Counted from the first letter of the stretch, positions 19,932 through 29,055 are shown. The stretch is DNA of 57,898 bases from Methylococcaceae bacterium TMED69 (GCA_002170535.1 NHDW01000001.1:1-57898), one strand, 5' to 3'. The notes: generated from the letters alone by a model not told the origin. Translations and numbers: made by a program.

Positions 19932-20550
19932 TCATCATGACGCTCCTTCCAATCCTTATCTTAAAAAAAGACGCGATTCTGGAGAAACGGAAAAACTCAC
20001 AAAAAGAGTGCAAAAAATTGAACAGTTATTGATTGATAAAGGAGTAGTAACTAAAGAGGCTCTTGATCGGATAATAGAAATCTACGAGACTGATATAGGT
20101 CCTCTAAATGGCTCTCAGGTTGTTGCAAAAGCCTGGGCTGATGAGGACTATAAACAACGTTTGAAAACAGATGCAACGAAGGCTATTGCGGAATTAGGTT
20201 TTAGCGGATTACAAGGGGAACATATGGTGGTAGTTGAAAACACCCCAAGTGTTCATAATGTCGTTGTTTGTACATTATGTTCTTGTTACCCATGGCCTGT
20301 TTTAGGATTGCCACCGAAATGGTACAAGGAAGCACCATATCGGTCACGAATTGTCATTGAGCCCAGAGAAGTACTTAAAGAATTCGGGACTAATATTCCT
20401 TCTGCAACAGAGATTAGAGTATGGGATAGCAGTGCTGAAATTAGATACATGGTTCTGCCGCAACAACCTAATTACGCAAAAAATATGAGTGAGGAGGAAT
20501 TGGCCAAGATAGTAACGCGAGACTCAATGATTGGGGTCGAAACACTATAG
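19924..20550 (+). CDS. nthA: Nitrile hydratase alpha subunit, cobalt type
   Basis: VCTLCSCY metal motif (Thr/Tyr indicate Co-type), [29 protein letters not shown] at 19924 after GGAGG. Confidence 0.96.
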   Translation: MSDHHDAPSNPYLKKRRDSGETEKLTKRVQKIEQLLIDKGVVTKEALDRIIEIYETDIGPLNGSQVVAKAWADEDYKQRLKTDATKAIAELGFSGLQGEHMVVVENTPSVHNVVVCTLCSCYPWPVLGLPPKWYKEAPYRSRIVIEPREVLKEFGTNIPSATEIRVWDSSAEIRYMVLPQQPNYAKNMSEEELAKIVTRDSMIGVETL

Positions 20551-20563
20551 AGAAATAAGAATA

Positions 20564-20872
20564 ATGCGTGTGGACCAAAAAATTTTCAATATGACCGATG
20601 TAGAAGAGTTACCACGGAAAAGTGGAGAGTTAGTTTTTCATGATAACTGGGAAAAACGGATTTTTGGGATGGTGGTTTTACTTCATCAACAAGGTCATTT
20701 TGATTGGGATGAGTTTAAAGATCTATTGATTGAACAAATCAGATTAAGTGGAGAAACACCCGAAAAACCGGATCTAGCTAAACCCGGCTACTATGAGTTT
20801 TGGATAAAGAATTTGGAACAGATACTGAATAGAAAAAAACAGACCACAAGAAATGATAGCACAAGGGGATAA
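20564..20872 (+). CDS. Nitrile hydratase accessory/activator protein (P14K/NhlE-like)
   Basis: LPRKSGELVF..WEKRIFGM, WDEFK..LI, YYEFW; follows nthA. Start taken at ATG 20564. Confidence 0.88.
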   Translation: MRVDQKIFNMTDVEELPRKSGELVFHDNWEKRIFGMVVLLHQQGHFDWDEFKDLLIEQIRLSGETPEKPDLAKPGYYEFWIKNLEQILNRKKQTTRNDSTRG

Positions 20873-20875
20873 AAT

Positions 20876-21310
20876 ATGAGCAACAAAACACTTGAAGAAA
20901 GAGTACAACGGTTAGAGGATATAGAGTCAATTAAGCAACTTAAGGTTAGGTATAGTCACATTTGCGATGATGATCATAATCCCGATAAAATTGCTTCTTT
21001 GTTTGTAGAAGATGGAATTTGGGAAAGTCCAGATTTTGGTGTTGCTAATGGGCATGCAGAAATCGAAACTCTCTTCCAAAATTTTAAAAAGATGTTTTCA
21101 TTTTCGCAGCATAATATGATGAATCCTTTGATCAATGTGGACGGTGATTTTGCAACTGGCACTTGGTATATAATGGGTCCTTGGGATATGCGAGCGGAAA
21201 ATGAGAATAAATGGTTTGCTCTAAGGTACGACGATGACTATGTAAGAGTTGAGAACGGCTGGAAATACAAACATCTACGAGTTGTCTTAAGGATGTCCCA
21301 TGAACGATAG
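20876..21310 (+). CDS. NTF2/SnoaL-like protein (BaiE/LinA-like)
   Basis: LEERVQRLEDIESIKQLKVRYSHICD, SQHNMMNP, YDDDYVRVENGWK. Confidence 0.85.
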   Translation: MSNKTLEERVQRLEDIESIKQLKVRYSHICDDDHNPDKIASLFVEDGIWESPDFGVANGHAEIETLFQNFKKMFSFSQHNMMNPLINVDGDFATGTWYIMGPWDMRAENENKWFALRYDDDYVRVENGWKYKHLRVVLRMSHER

Positions 21311-21359
21311 TTTGCATTGAGGTCAATTTGACTCCTTCTTTGTTAGCTAAAAATTTAAT

Positions 21360-22184
21360 TTGGTTGTTAGGCATGTGAACTCAGGCGATCTAACGTTTTC
21401 GGTTTGTTTGACTAATTTTGATCCGTATTTATCAAGTGGTTTGCTTTATAAAACCATTGAAAGACTTGGGTTTTATGCGTTGTTCCTCCCTGAGAATAGT
21501 CATGTTCCTATTGATCGTTCCAAAACTTTAAAAAAGGATGTCGATCCTGAAAGAATACGTGGATTTTGTGATCCTTATCCAGTGTTATCGTCGTGCGCGG
21601 CTGCGACTAAGCGGTTAATGTTAGGAACAAGCGTGACATTGCTTACCCAAAGAGATGCACATTTTCTTGCTAGAAGCGTAAGCTCTCTACAAGTTCTCTC
21701 AAATAATAGATTTATTTTAGGTATAGCAGGTGGATTTATACGCGAAGCGATGGAAAATCATGGAAGCGAGTTTAATGCACGTTGGGATATTGTTAAATCA
21801 AGGGTTTTACAAATGAAGGGGGATTGGCGAGAGGCTAATAGTTGTCTATCTAGGTTTCAAATGCCTCCGATTTTTATAGGGTCAAATTCTTCTAAGGTTC
21901 CACTTCGGGTTGCTGAATATGCAGATGGTTGGATGCTGCGAAAACAAATATATAAAGGTGATGCACTTTCTGATCTAAGAGTTGCGTGTCAACGCCGGGG
22001 GAGGCCTTATTCATCAGTAAAAGTAATACTAATGGGTGCCCCCCAAGAAAGAAGCGAGATCGAGCAAGAAATTTTTTATGGGATCAACAATTTTTTATTT
22101 TTTTCTTCTGGAGAAGATATAAGTGCCCTGGAAGACGAACTATATAAACTTGGTGAGTTGATTAGTAATTTCAAATCGAATTAA
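21360..22184 (+). CDS. LLM-class (luciferase-like) oxidoreductase, Rv2161c-like
   Basis: LPENSHVP, DPYPVLS..AAATKRLMLGT, LSNNRFILG, EAMENHG, RVAEYADGW. Confidence 0.82.
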   Translation: MVVRHVNSGDLTFSVCLTNFDPYLSSGLLYKTIERLGFYALFLPENSHVPIDRSKTLKKDVDPERIRGFCDPYPVLSSCAAATKRLMLGTSVTLLTQRDAHFLARSVSSLQVLSNNRFILGIAGGFIREAMENHGSEFNARWDIVKSRVLQMKGDWREANSCLSRFQMPPIFIGSNSSKVPLRVAEYADGWMLRKQIYKGDALSDLRVACQRRGRPYSSVKVILMGAPQERSEIEQEIFYGINNFLFFSSGEDISALEDELYKLGELISNFKSN

Positions 22185-22196
22185 TAATATCTCCTG

Positions 22197-22715
22197 TCAC
22201 ATGTTTTCTAATACATATTGAGGCGCTGAAACAGTATAGGGATCTTGCCCATGATTATCAGAAAATCCTGGTTCTTCAAACCAATGAGTGATTATTTGGT
22301 CTTTGATAATTGCTGCATACCGCCATGATCTCATGCCGAATCCCAAATTGTCTTTTGCGATTAGCATTCCAAGCTTCCTACTAAATTCACCTGATCCGTC
22401 AGGAATTAGTTGTACGTTTTCTAAATTTTGCGATTTTCCCCAAGCGTTCATAACGAAAGCATCATTGACGGAAAGGCAGTAAATCGCATCTATTCCTTTA
22501 TCGTAAAATTGACCAGCAAGTTTTTCAAAATCAGGCAGTTGATAGGTCGAACATGTTGGCGTAAAAGCTCCAGGTAAAGAGAACAAGATTGCAGTCTTGG
22601 ACTTGAAATATTCTTCTGTGGTTTTATCTTCCCATTTAAAAGGATTGTCCCCGCCAATTGATTCATCACGGACTCTTGTTCTAAATACTACCTGCGGCAC
22701 TTTGACATTTATCAT
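22197..22715 (-). CDS. Peroxiredoxin (Prx5 type)
   Basis: SLPGAFTPTCS, SVNDAFVMNAW, GFGMRSWRY, EEPG. Confidence 0.95.
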   Translation of the reverse strand: MINVKVPQVVFRTRVRDESIGGDNPFKWEDKTTEEYFKSKTAILFSLPGAFTPTCSTYQLPDFEKLAGQFYDKGIDAIYCLSVNDAFVMNAWGKSQNLENVQLIPDGSGEFSRKLGMLIAKDNLGFGMRSWRYAAIIKDQIITHWFEEPGFSDNHGQDPYTVSAPQYVLENM

Positions 22716-22799
22716 TTTTAAGCTCCTTATTTATTAATGTATGTCTAAAATTTTTACGAGTAACACCCATTGAGCGGTTTTCCCGATAGTGTAATTTTC

Positions 22800-23300
22800 T
22801 TAATGAATGGTTTTATTGTATGGGAAGAGCAAGCGCTGGTAATGCTCAAGTGTTACCCAACTATCTTTGTCAAGGTTCACTATTAGACCAGCATATCGGA
22901 AGCCTAAAGAAAGCACCTTTATTCGTTTCTTGAGATCTAGTGCTTTGTCAGTCTGCCAAAATACGTCAACTATTTTATCGCATACTGGTTGATTGTTTGA
23001 GTGATGAAGACCAAAAAATAGAGTAAGGTCTCCAGTTAATGTTTTGGTTAGATTTGCCGGGGCGGAGCAAGAGCAACCTGGGGAACACCTTGTGAGTGAC
23101 TCGTGCAACAGGGACAATGTTCCGGATAGGAGCTCGGATGACCCCGGCAAAAACTTTTCGACGCCTATTTCCTCAAGTATCATGGCTAAATCAATTGTTG
23201 AGTGCCGTAAATTTCGGCACCAACTATTGACTAAAAGTTGGAGCATTTTACCTGAAGTGCTAAAGCCAATACTATTTCTATCTTTATTAATTATTTCCAT
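22800..23300 (-). CDS. Hypothetical protein, probably iron (Fur) regulated
   Basis: 166-aa ORF filling the gap; Fur box ~20 bp upstream; CSPGCSC cluster. Confidence 0.6.
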   Translation of the reverse strand: MEIINKDRNSIGFSTSGKMLQLLVNSWCRNLRHSTIDLAMILEEIGVEKFLPGSSELLSGTLSLLHESLTRCSPGCSCSAPANLTKTLTGDLTLFFGLHHSNNQPVCDKIVDVFWQTDKALDLKKRIKVLSLGFRYAGLIVNLDKDSWVTLEHYQRLLFPYNKTIH

Positions 23301-23318
23301 TTCTCGTCGATTTTTATC

Positions 23319-23338
23319 TGATAATGATTCTCATTTAA
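23319..23338. promoter_or_regulatory. Fur box
   Basis: TGATAATGATTCTCA (one mismatch to the 7-1-7 core TGATAATnATTATCA), within GATAATGATTCTCATTTAA. Confidence 0.8.
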
Positions 23339-23362
23339 GATCACTTTAAATGATTGTTAATA

Positions 23363-23385
23363 TAAATGCAAATGATCTGCATTTA
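23363..23385. promoter_or_regulatory. Second Fur-like inverted repeat
   Basis: TAAATGCA-AATGATC-TGCATTTA, perfect 8-bp arms, upstream of the porin. Confidence 0.55.
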
Positions 23386-23477
23386 GAATCAATCAAGGAT
23401 ATGATTGCCAGCCAGGTAGAGTTAAATGCTTTTTTTGGTATTTGGCTTTTCGTTGTATTAATAATTAGAAAAACCTT

Positions 23478-24641
23478 TTGGGGGTAATTGTGAAAATTAA
23501 GAACTTATGGTCGGTAGCTTTTATAGCACTGATATTTGGGAGTAGCTCAGCGATTGCTGATGGTCATAAAGGTAAATCTCTCGAGGATGTAATTAAGATG
23601 CTGGAAGAGCAGCAAGAGGAAATTGCTGAACTTAAAGCTCAATTAGGTGAAGCTGGTGCGGAAACAATTAATACGCCTCAATCTCCTGATGCCGTTGGAG
23701 CTCAACGTTCTCGTTGGTCGCCAACCGGAGGTAAGAAAAAGATTTCAGCAGGTTCGTGGGCTGCTAAAACCTCTGTCGGAGGGTATGGGGAATTACACTC
23801 AGAAATGCTTAACGGTAAAGATGGTGCTGGTGATCTCAACAGAAACGACATCCATCGATTCATTTTTTTTACGGGGCATGAATTTAATGATTGGATCAGA
23901 CTGGCAACTGAGTTGGAATTTGAGCATGCACATGTGCAAGATACCGATGATGGCACCGGACAAGGTGATGTGGTTCTTGAACTTATGTGGTTAGAGATGG
24001 ATATTAACTCCAATCACCACGTTAGGGCTGGTGCTGATATTTTGCCTATTGGACTTCTTAATCTGACCCATGAGCCTACTACATTTTATGGAGTCGACCG
24101 TAATAATGTTGAAGCAGAAGTCATTCCAACCACATGGACGGAAGCCACACTCGGCTTATGGGGAAGTCTTGCACCGGGTTGGAACTATAACTTAAATGTA
24201 CACAGTGGACTGGTGATTCCAACCACCGGCTCGAGCGCTATGCGTCCAAGGAGTGGAAGACAAAAAGTAGGTAATGCGGAAGATCAAGACTTAGCAATAA
24301 TGGGTAGAATTCTCTACAACGGAATACCAGGTTTGGAAGTAGCGTATACCTTTGACTATCACGCTGATTATACCGGAACAGATGACACGATTGATGCCGA
24401 TGCGTGGTTGAATGAATTTCACGTCGATTATGCGCACAGAAGCGGTTTTGGAATTAGAGCACTTTATGCAAGATGGGATTTTAGTGCTGATAATGGTTTT
24501 GATCCAGAAGCTTTTGATGCGGATGACATAATGGGATGGTATATAGAGCCCTCGTATAAAACCGATATCATGATTGGACAGCTCGGTGTCTTCTATCGAT
24601 ATTCAATAGTTGAATATTATTCCAGTTACCTTCATCACTAA
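23478..24641 (+). CDS. Outer-membrane porin (OprO/P-like, iron-cluster type), C-terminally truncated
   Basis: Signal peptide, N-terminal coiled coil, GGYGELH, HRFIFF, ELEFEH, HEPTTFYGVDRN, IPTTWTE, RSGRQK, GWYIEPSY. Ends abruptly (IVEYYSSYLHH) without a terminal aromatic beta-signal. Confidence 0.8.
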   Translation: MGVIVKIKNLWSVAFIALIFGSSSAIADGHKGKSLEDVIKMLEEQQEEIAELKAQLGEAGAETINTPQSPDAVGAQRSRWSPTGGKKKISAGSWAAKTSVGGYGELHSEMLNGKDGAGDLNRNDIHRFIFFTGHEFNDWIRLATELEFEHAHVQDTDDGTGQGDVVLELMWLEMDINSNHHVRAGADILPIGLLNLTHEPTTFYGVDRNNVEAEVIPTTWTEATLGLWGSLAPGWNYNLNVHSGLVIPTTGSSAMRPRSGRQKVGNAEDQDLAIMGRILYNGIPGLEVAYTFDYHADYTGTDDTIDADAWLNEFHVDYAHRSGFGIRALYARWDFSADNGFDPEAFDADDIMGWYIEPSYKTDIMIGQLGVFYRYSIVEYYSSYLHH

Positions 24642-24975
24642 ATGTGAATCCATGGTCAGGAAGCTTTTTTTGTTTAACCATTAATCCTGCACAAGCAATA
24701 TCGAATGTGCCATTAGATATTTTGCTGATTTCAAGCGCGGTACTAATTACTTTCAACGTATCAGTCGATATTTGAATGGCCTTCTCGGAAGCACCTAAAT
24801 TAAGTTTGGTGATTTCACTGTTTGGTTCATGAAATGACATTAACCTGTGAATTCTATAAATTTCTTTGTAACCGGCTTCAGTAACTTCAATAAGTTTCTC
24901 AAGAGTAGTTTTGGCAGCAACCGTAATCGTAACGTAAGTGCCGAGGATGGGCTTCATGCGGGTTAATCTTTCCAA
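24568..24975 (-). pseudogene. apbE: ApbE FAD:protein FMN transferase, N-terminal fragment
   Basis: PILGTYV, MSFHEPNSEITKLN, SNGTFDI present; DLGGIAKG and ATSG motifs absent; overlaps the porin 3' end tail-to-tail. Confidence 0.82.
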
Positions 24976-24981
24976 TCTGTA

Positions 24982-25320
24982 TTAGACCTTATCATAATGC
25001 TCCGGTATAAAAATTATAGGTTTGGGTGTTGTCTGTTTTTCTTCAATGTGTCTGTATGACAAAATGATCACTAAATCGCCAACAGTAGCCAATCGGGCTG
25101 CAGCTCCATTAATTCCGATTTTTTTGGTTCCTTTTTCGGCTTTTATTGCATAAGTAGTGAATCTATTACCGTTAGTAATGTTTAAGACGTCGACTTGTTC
25201 ATATTCTCGAATTTCCGCTAATTTTAACCACGCTTCATCGACAGAAATAGAACCTTCATAGTTGAGGTCGCATTCCGTAACAACAGCACGATGGATTTTA
25301 GATTTTAATACTGAGATCAT
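24982..25320 (-). CDS. panD: Aspartate 1-decarboxylase
   Basis: KSKIHRA, YEGS self-cleavage site, NGNRFTTY, INGAAAR, GDLVII. Confidence 0.96.
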   Translation of the reverse strand: MISVLKSKIHRAVVTECDLNYEGSISVDEAWLKLAEIREYEQVDVLNITNGNRFTTYAIKAEKGTKKIGINGAAARLATVGDLVIILSYRHIEEKQTTPKPIIFIPEHYDKV

Positions 25321-25787
25321 GAAGTTTTATATATTTTTTACCAACGTCTTTTAATTATAAATGAAATTGATTGGTATCGTAAGGGTTACTGCAGAGAAAT
25401 ACGCTATCAAAAGTCCAAGCGATTATTTATTTTTTCTAGAAATATTGGCTTATTTTTTTATTTAAAATGTTAGTCAATTGATATTTTTTTGGTCTAATTT
25501 ATGGTGAAAAAAAGGAAATTAATAATGCAGATGACTTGAGGCATAAGTTTTTTAAAAAAATGATTTGAAGAGGAAATTATCCTATGTTCACGGCGGAGCG
25601 ACGCGGGGAAGAACGCTTTTGAGAAAAAAGTATTTATCTCTAGGTTTAATTTTACTTTTACAGATTGTATTTCTGCTGTAGGTTATGACACCCCTTTCTT
25701 ACTGTGATGCTGTGGATTTTTGAAAAGTGGAATCATGAATAAAATTAATCTACAACTAATTTCATTCCTATGGTTTATGACTCTGCA

Positions 25788-27611
25788 CTAATCCAAGTCT
25801 AGGCCCTTTAAATCACCATCCTCGCGCCATTGGCGTAGCAATTTGATATATGCTCCAACTCCTTTGCCGTAGGTCTCTCGTTTAACATTGCGATAGCGCT
25901 TTGCTGTGCCCTCCTGATTATAATATCCAGGCGTGCACGTATCAGGTGATCCTCCAAGAAAGATGCCTGAACCGCTGGCTTGGAGTTGATCCGCTATCCA
26001 ACGTTCTTCGGCATCAATAGAAACGTTTGCCGACTTGATGCCACGATTACATAATTGACTTATTGTGTAGGCTATATGGCCTGCTTGTACATCAATGCCA
26101 TGAGCATAGTTAGCCCCTAATTGAAATACAAAGCCACCACCGCATAGATACAGATTTGGAAAGCCGCTTACCATTAGGCCATGCATGGTACGCATGCCTT
26201 CCTGCCAATGTTCGTAAATCGATTTGTTATCAATTCCGAAGATTGGAATACCTAATCGTCTTTCATAGCTCGAAGTAATTTCGAAACCGCTAGCATAAAT
26301 AATACAGTCTAATTTGTATCCTTTCCCGTTAGCAATAATCCCTTTTTCATTTATAGCTTCCACACCTTGGCTGGAGCTTACATCGATAAGTTCAACGTTT
26401 GGGCGATTAAAGGTATTCAGGTAAAAGTCATTAAAGGTCGGTCGCTTGCAGAACTGATTATAGTAAGCTTTTAATTTGCCAGCGGTCTCGGGATTTTTGA
26501 CTGTATCATCGACAAGATTTCTAATTTCCTCCATTGTTTTGAAATCAGCAAGCTGTATGAGATCATCAATTTTCCCCTCGGCCTTTTTAGTTAAATCAAG
26601 CAGATTACGCGTTAGTCGTGTCCAGCCATCATCTATAAAAGCTGGATCAATCGAGCCACCTAAGAACGCCTCACCGAATTTCTTTTGCCGTTCTTTCTGC
26701 CATCCTGGTTTAAGACTAGCCGCCCATCTCTGATCAGTTTCTGCATTATTGCGAGCATCTACTGATGAAGGCGTGCGTTGAAAAACGTAAAGTTGTTTAG
26801 CCCACTCACCCAAGGCAGGAATGCACTGGACTGCCGTTGCGCCTGTTCCAATAATGCCGACAGTTTTGTCAGCTAGACCTATCAGCCCACCCTCTGAGTC
26901 TCCACCTGTGTATTCATAGTCCCAACGACATGTGTGAAATGAATGGCCTTTAAATTTTTCGACACCAGGTATACCAGGCAAACGCGGGCGGTTCACCGGC
27001 CCGGTGCCAAGGCAAATATGACGAGCACGCATCTCATCCCCGCGGTTAGTCGAGACGAGCCACATTGAATCTTCCGCAAGCCAGCGTAATTCGGTCACCC
27101 ACGTTTGAAATACCGCGTCTTTATAAAGATCAAAATGTTTGCCAATCCGTTGTGCGTGCTCATATATCTCGGCCGCATAAGAAAATCTAAGCCTTGGTAT
27201 GTATCCGGTCTCTTCCAAAAGCGGCAAATAACTGTAGGACTCGATATCACATTGAGCCCCTGGATAACGATTCCAATACCAAGTTCCACCAAAATCACTA
27301 CCGCTCTCAATGATACGTAAATCACGGATGCCGTTTTGAATCAGCCGCGTCGCGGTTAACATACCTACCCAACCGCCGCCAACTATAATAACCTCTCGTT
27401 CATCCTTCAATGGCGCGCGCTCAAGTTTTTTGCTGTATGGATCTTCTTCTAAATATTTGTTGGAAAAAGGAGAATCATTTGATATCTGCAGGTACTGGGC
27501 CTCGGCATCTGGACGAATGCGTTTTTCTCGCTCTTTTTCGTAGCGCTGGCTGAGTTCATTGGGATCAAATCCTAGTGATGTCTTAGAGCGAGTTTGATCG
27601 AGTTTAGCCAT
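25788..27611 (-). CDS. Type I Baeyer-Villiger monooxygenase (PntE/PtlE-like clade)
   Basis: GGGWVG, GGTWYWNRYPG, DIESYSY, FKGHSFHTCRW fingerprint, GTGATA, QRTP, CTPGYYNQEG. Confidence 0.93.
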   Translation of the reverse strand: MAKLDQTRSKTSLGFDPNELSQRYEKEREKRIRPDAEAQYLQISNDSPFSNKYLEEDPYSKKLERAPLKDEREVIIVGGGWVGMLTATRLIQNGIRDLRIIESGSDFGGTWYWNRYPGAQCDIESYSYLPLLEETGYIPRLRFSYAAEIYEHAQRIGKHFDLYKDAVFQTWVTELRWLAEDSMWLVSTNRGDEMRARHICLGTGPVNRPRLPGIPGVEKFKGHSFHTCRWDYEYTGGDSEGGLIGLADKTVGIIGTGATAVQCIPALGEWAKQLYVFQRTPSSVDARNNAETDQRWAASLKPGWQKERQKKFGEAFLGGSIDPAFIDDGWTRLTRNLLDLTKKAEGKIDDLIQLADFKTMEEIRNLVDDTVKNPETAGKLKAYYNQFCKRPTFNDFYLNTFNRPNVELIDVSSSQGVEAINEKGIIANGKGYKLDCIIYASGFEITSSYERRLGIPIFGIDNKSIYEHWQEGMRTMHGLMVSGFPNLYLCGGGFVFQLGANYAHGIDVQAGHIAYTISQLCNRGIKSANVSIDAEERWIADQLQASGSGIFLGGSPDTCTPGYYNQEGTAKRYRNVKRETYGKGVGAYIKLLRQWREDGDLKGLDLD

Positions 27612-27741
27612 GTTTATTTCTCTATAAAGCTAGTTCCTTAGGTATAACTTAATTAAACGGACATTGGTTTTGTGACTTATCCGTCAAGTTGTATTTTATA
27701 CTTATAGTTTCTATTGATAAAGAAAATCATCCCATTTTTTT

Positions 27742-28512
27742 CTAAGGCAGTGGATCATGAGGCTCTTGGTTTAATAATTGATCCAAAGTTTGAAGGAGAT
27801 CCAAATCTCTCGCTAAAGGAGTACATAATTTTCTTACTGCCTTCATCCAGAGAGGTAATTGAGAGGCCTCTATAAAAGTGTTTTGTGGTTTAACGGAGCG
27901 ATCATAGCGCTTATCAGAGAGAACTTTAACAGGGTTTGAAAGAAGTAAGGGAGTACCGTTTATCGTCTCCACTAAGGCAAAATTAAGGATGGAATTAAGG
28001 TATCTCATCGCCTTGTTTGTCTGAGCTTTACAGCCCTTTTTAAGGGCCATATCACAGTATCTTTTCTCTATATCTTCTCTGGTTAGAGACCTTACCGGTC
28101 TATCGAACCAATCTCCAAATACTCTTCTAGTTACCTGTCTATAATCTGCCTCGCTTTTCAAGGAGCGAGAGGACAAATAGCAATTAATAGTCTCCTCCAA
28201 GGTGAAGTTACTGACTGTTTCTTGAGCAGTTTTAATCTCTTCTGTTTCCGTATCGATACCGATGTACCATTGGTACAGGAGTTCTCTGGCTTTTGCCCTA
28301 GCTTTATCCAAGGGGACAATAGGATAACGTCCTAAAGAACGTCTTTTAGTTTGACGGCTTCTATTGAAGTTTCCTTCCGCAAAGAAGGTCTTGGTTCCTG
28401 AAGGACTAATTCTCACACCGAACCCTTTTAGTTCGGTATCTCTAAGGAGTAATTCTTTAGTATTGGGAGTAGAAATAGATTCAATTATTCTCTTGGTAAT
28501 CCGTTTGTGCAT
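27742..28512 (-). mobile_element. Truncated tyrosine integrase (arm-binding + core-binding domains only)
   Basis: DTELKGFGVRI..SGTKTF, LGRYP, ARAKAR arm-binding domain; homology stops at ...PLARD, before the catalytic Arg; lies downstream of tRNA-Phe. Confidence 0.88.
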
Positions 28513-28585
28513 CTCGCGTTCCTCTTAAGATTAAGTAACGCGATGCTTGGTGAAAAAATGTAGGCCATACGAAGGTCAGATAATG

Positions 28586-28599
28586 GGCCAGGTAGCTCA
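28586..28599 (+). repeat. 14-bp inverted copy of the tRNA-Phe 5' end
   Basis: GGCCAGGTAGCTCA on the plus strand equals tRNA nt 1-14 (28741-28728, minus strand). Confidence 0.85.
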
Positions 28600-28641
28600 T
28601 TTCGGTCTAACGCAGTGGACGAAACTTGTTGGTAGAGTTTT

Positions 28642-28654
28642 TAAGTTATTGATT
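28642..28654 (-). promoter_or_regulatory. IHF binding site in att region
   Basis: Minus strand AATCAATAACTTA matches WATCAANNNNTTR; between the tRNA 3' end and the integrase. Confidence 0.7.
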
Positions 28655-28668
28655 TAGGTGAGAACATG

Positions 28669-28741
28669 TGGCCAGGGACAGAATCGAACTGCCGACACAG
28701 GGATTTTCAGTCCCCTGCTCTACCGACTGAGCTACCTGGCC
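28669..28741 (-). tRNA. tRNA-Phe (GAA)
   Basis: GGCCAGGTAGCTCAGTCGGTAGAGCAGGGGACTGAAAATCCCTGTGTCGGCAGTTCGATTCTGTCCCTGGCCA; 73 nt cloverleaf; CCA not encoded. Confidence 0.97.
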
Positions 28742-28785
28742 AACAAAGTTGTATTATATAATACAAGTTTAAATTAATGTAATTT

Positions 28786-29055
28786 TTATTCTGGTTCTTG
28801 AAATTCGGCAGGTCTTTGGGAGCCTTCCCCAAAGAAAAACTTTTCCATTTCTGCTTCAAGAAATTTTCTATCTTTCTCCTCAATAGGTGTCAAACGATAC
28901 TCGTTTATTAGCATGGTTTGGTGTCGCAACCAGTTTCCCCAAGCTATTTTGCCTATGGTTTCATAAATTTTTTTCCCCAGTTCTCCAGGATATGGTTGTC
29001 TATCAAGACCCTCTGTTTGTTCTCCTGTTTTTGCACATGTTAGTTGTTTTCCCAA
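28786..29055 (-). CDS. yggX: Fe(II)-trafficking/oxidative damage protection protein YggX
   Basis: C..., EGLD..PYPGELGKKIY, AW..W..HQTMLINEYRL; follows mutY. Confidence 0.93.
   Translation of the reverse strand: MGKQLTCAKTGEQTEGLDRQPYPGELGKKIYETIGKIAWGNWLRHQTMLINEYRLTPIEEKDRKFLEAEMEKFFFGEGSQRPAEFQEPE

Noticed and set aside
25586-25620. GC-rich patch (GTTCACGGCGGAGCGACGCGGGGAAGAACGC) in an AT-rich gap, faintly like a type I-E CRISPR repeat or a reversed tRNA end
   Set aside because: Single copy, no spacers or cas genes, no match to the tRNA-Phe 3' end, and only weak pairing.
27673-27686. TGAC-N6-GTCA dyad upstream of the BVMO
   Set aside because: Only 4-bp arms and no adjacent regulator.
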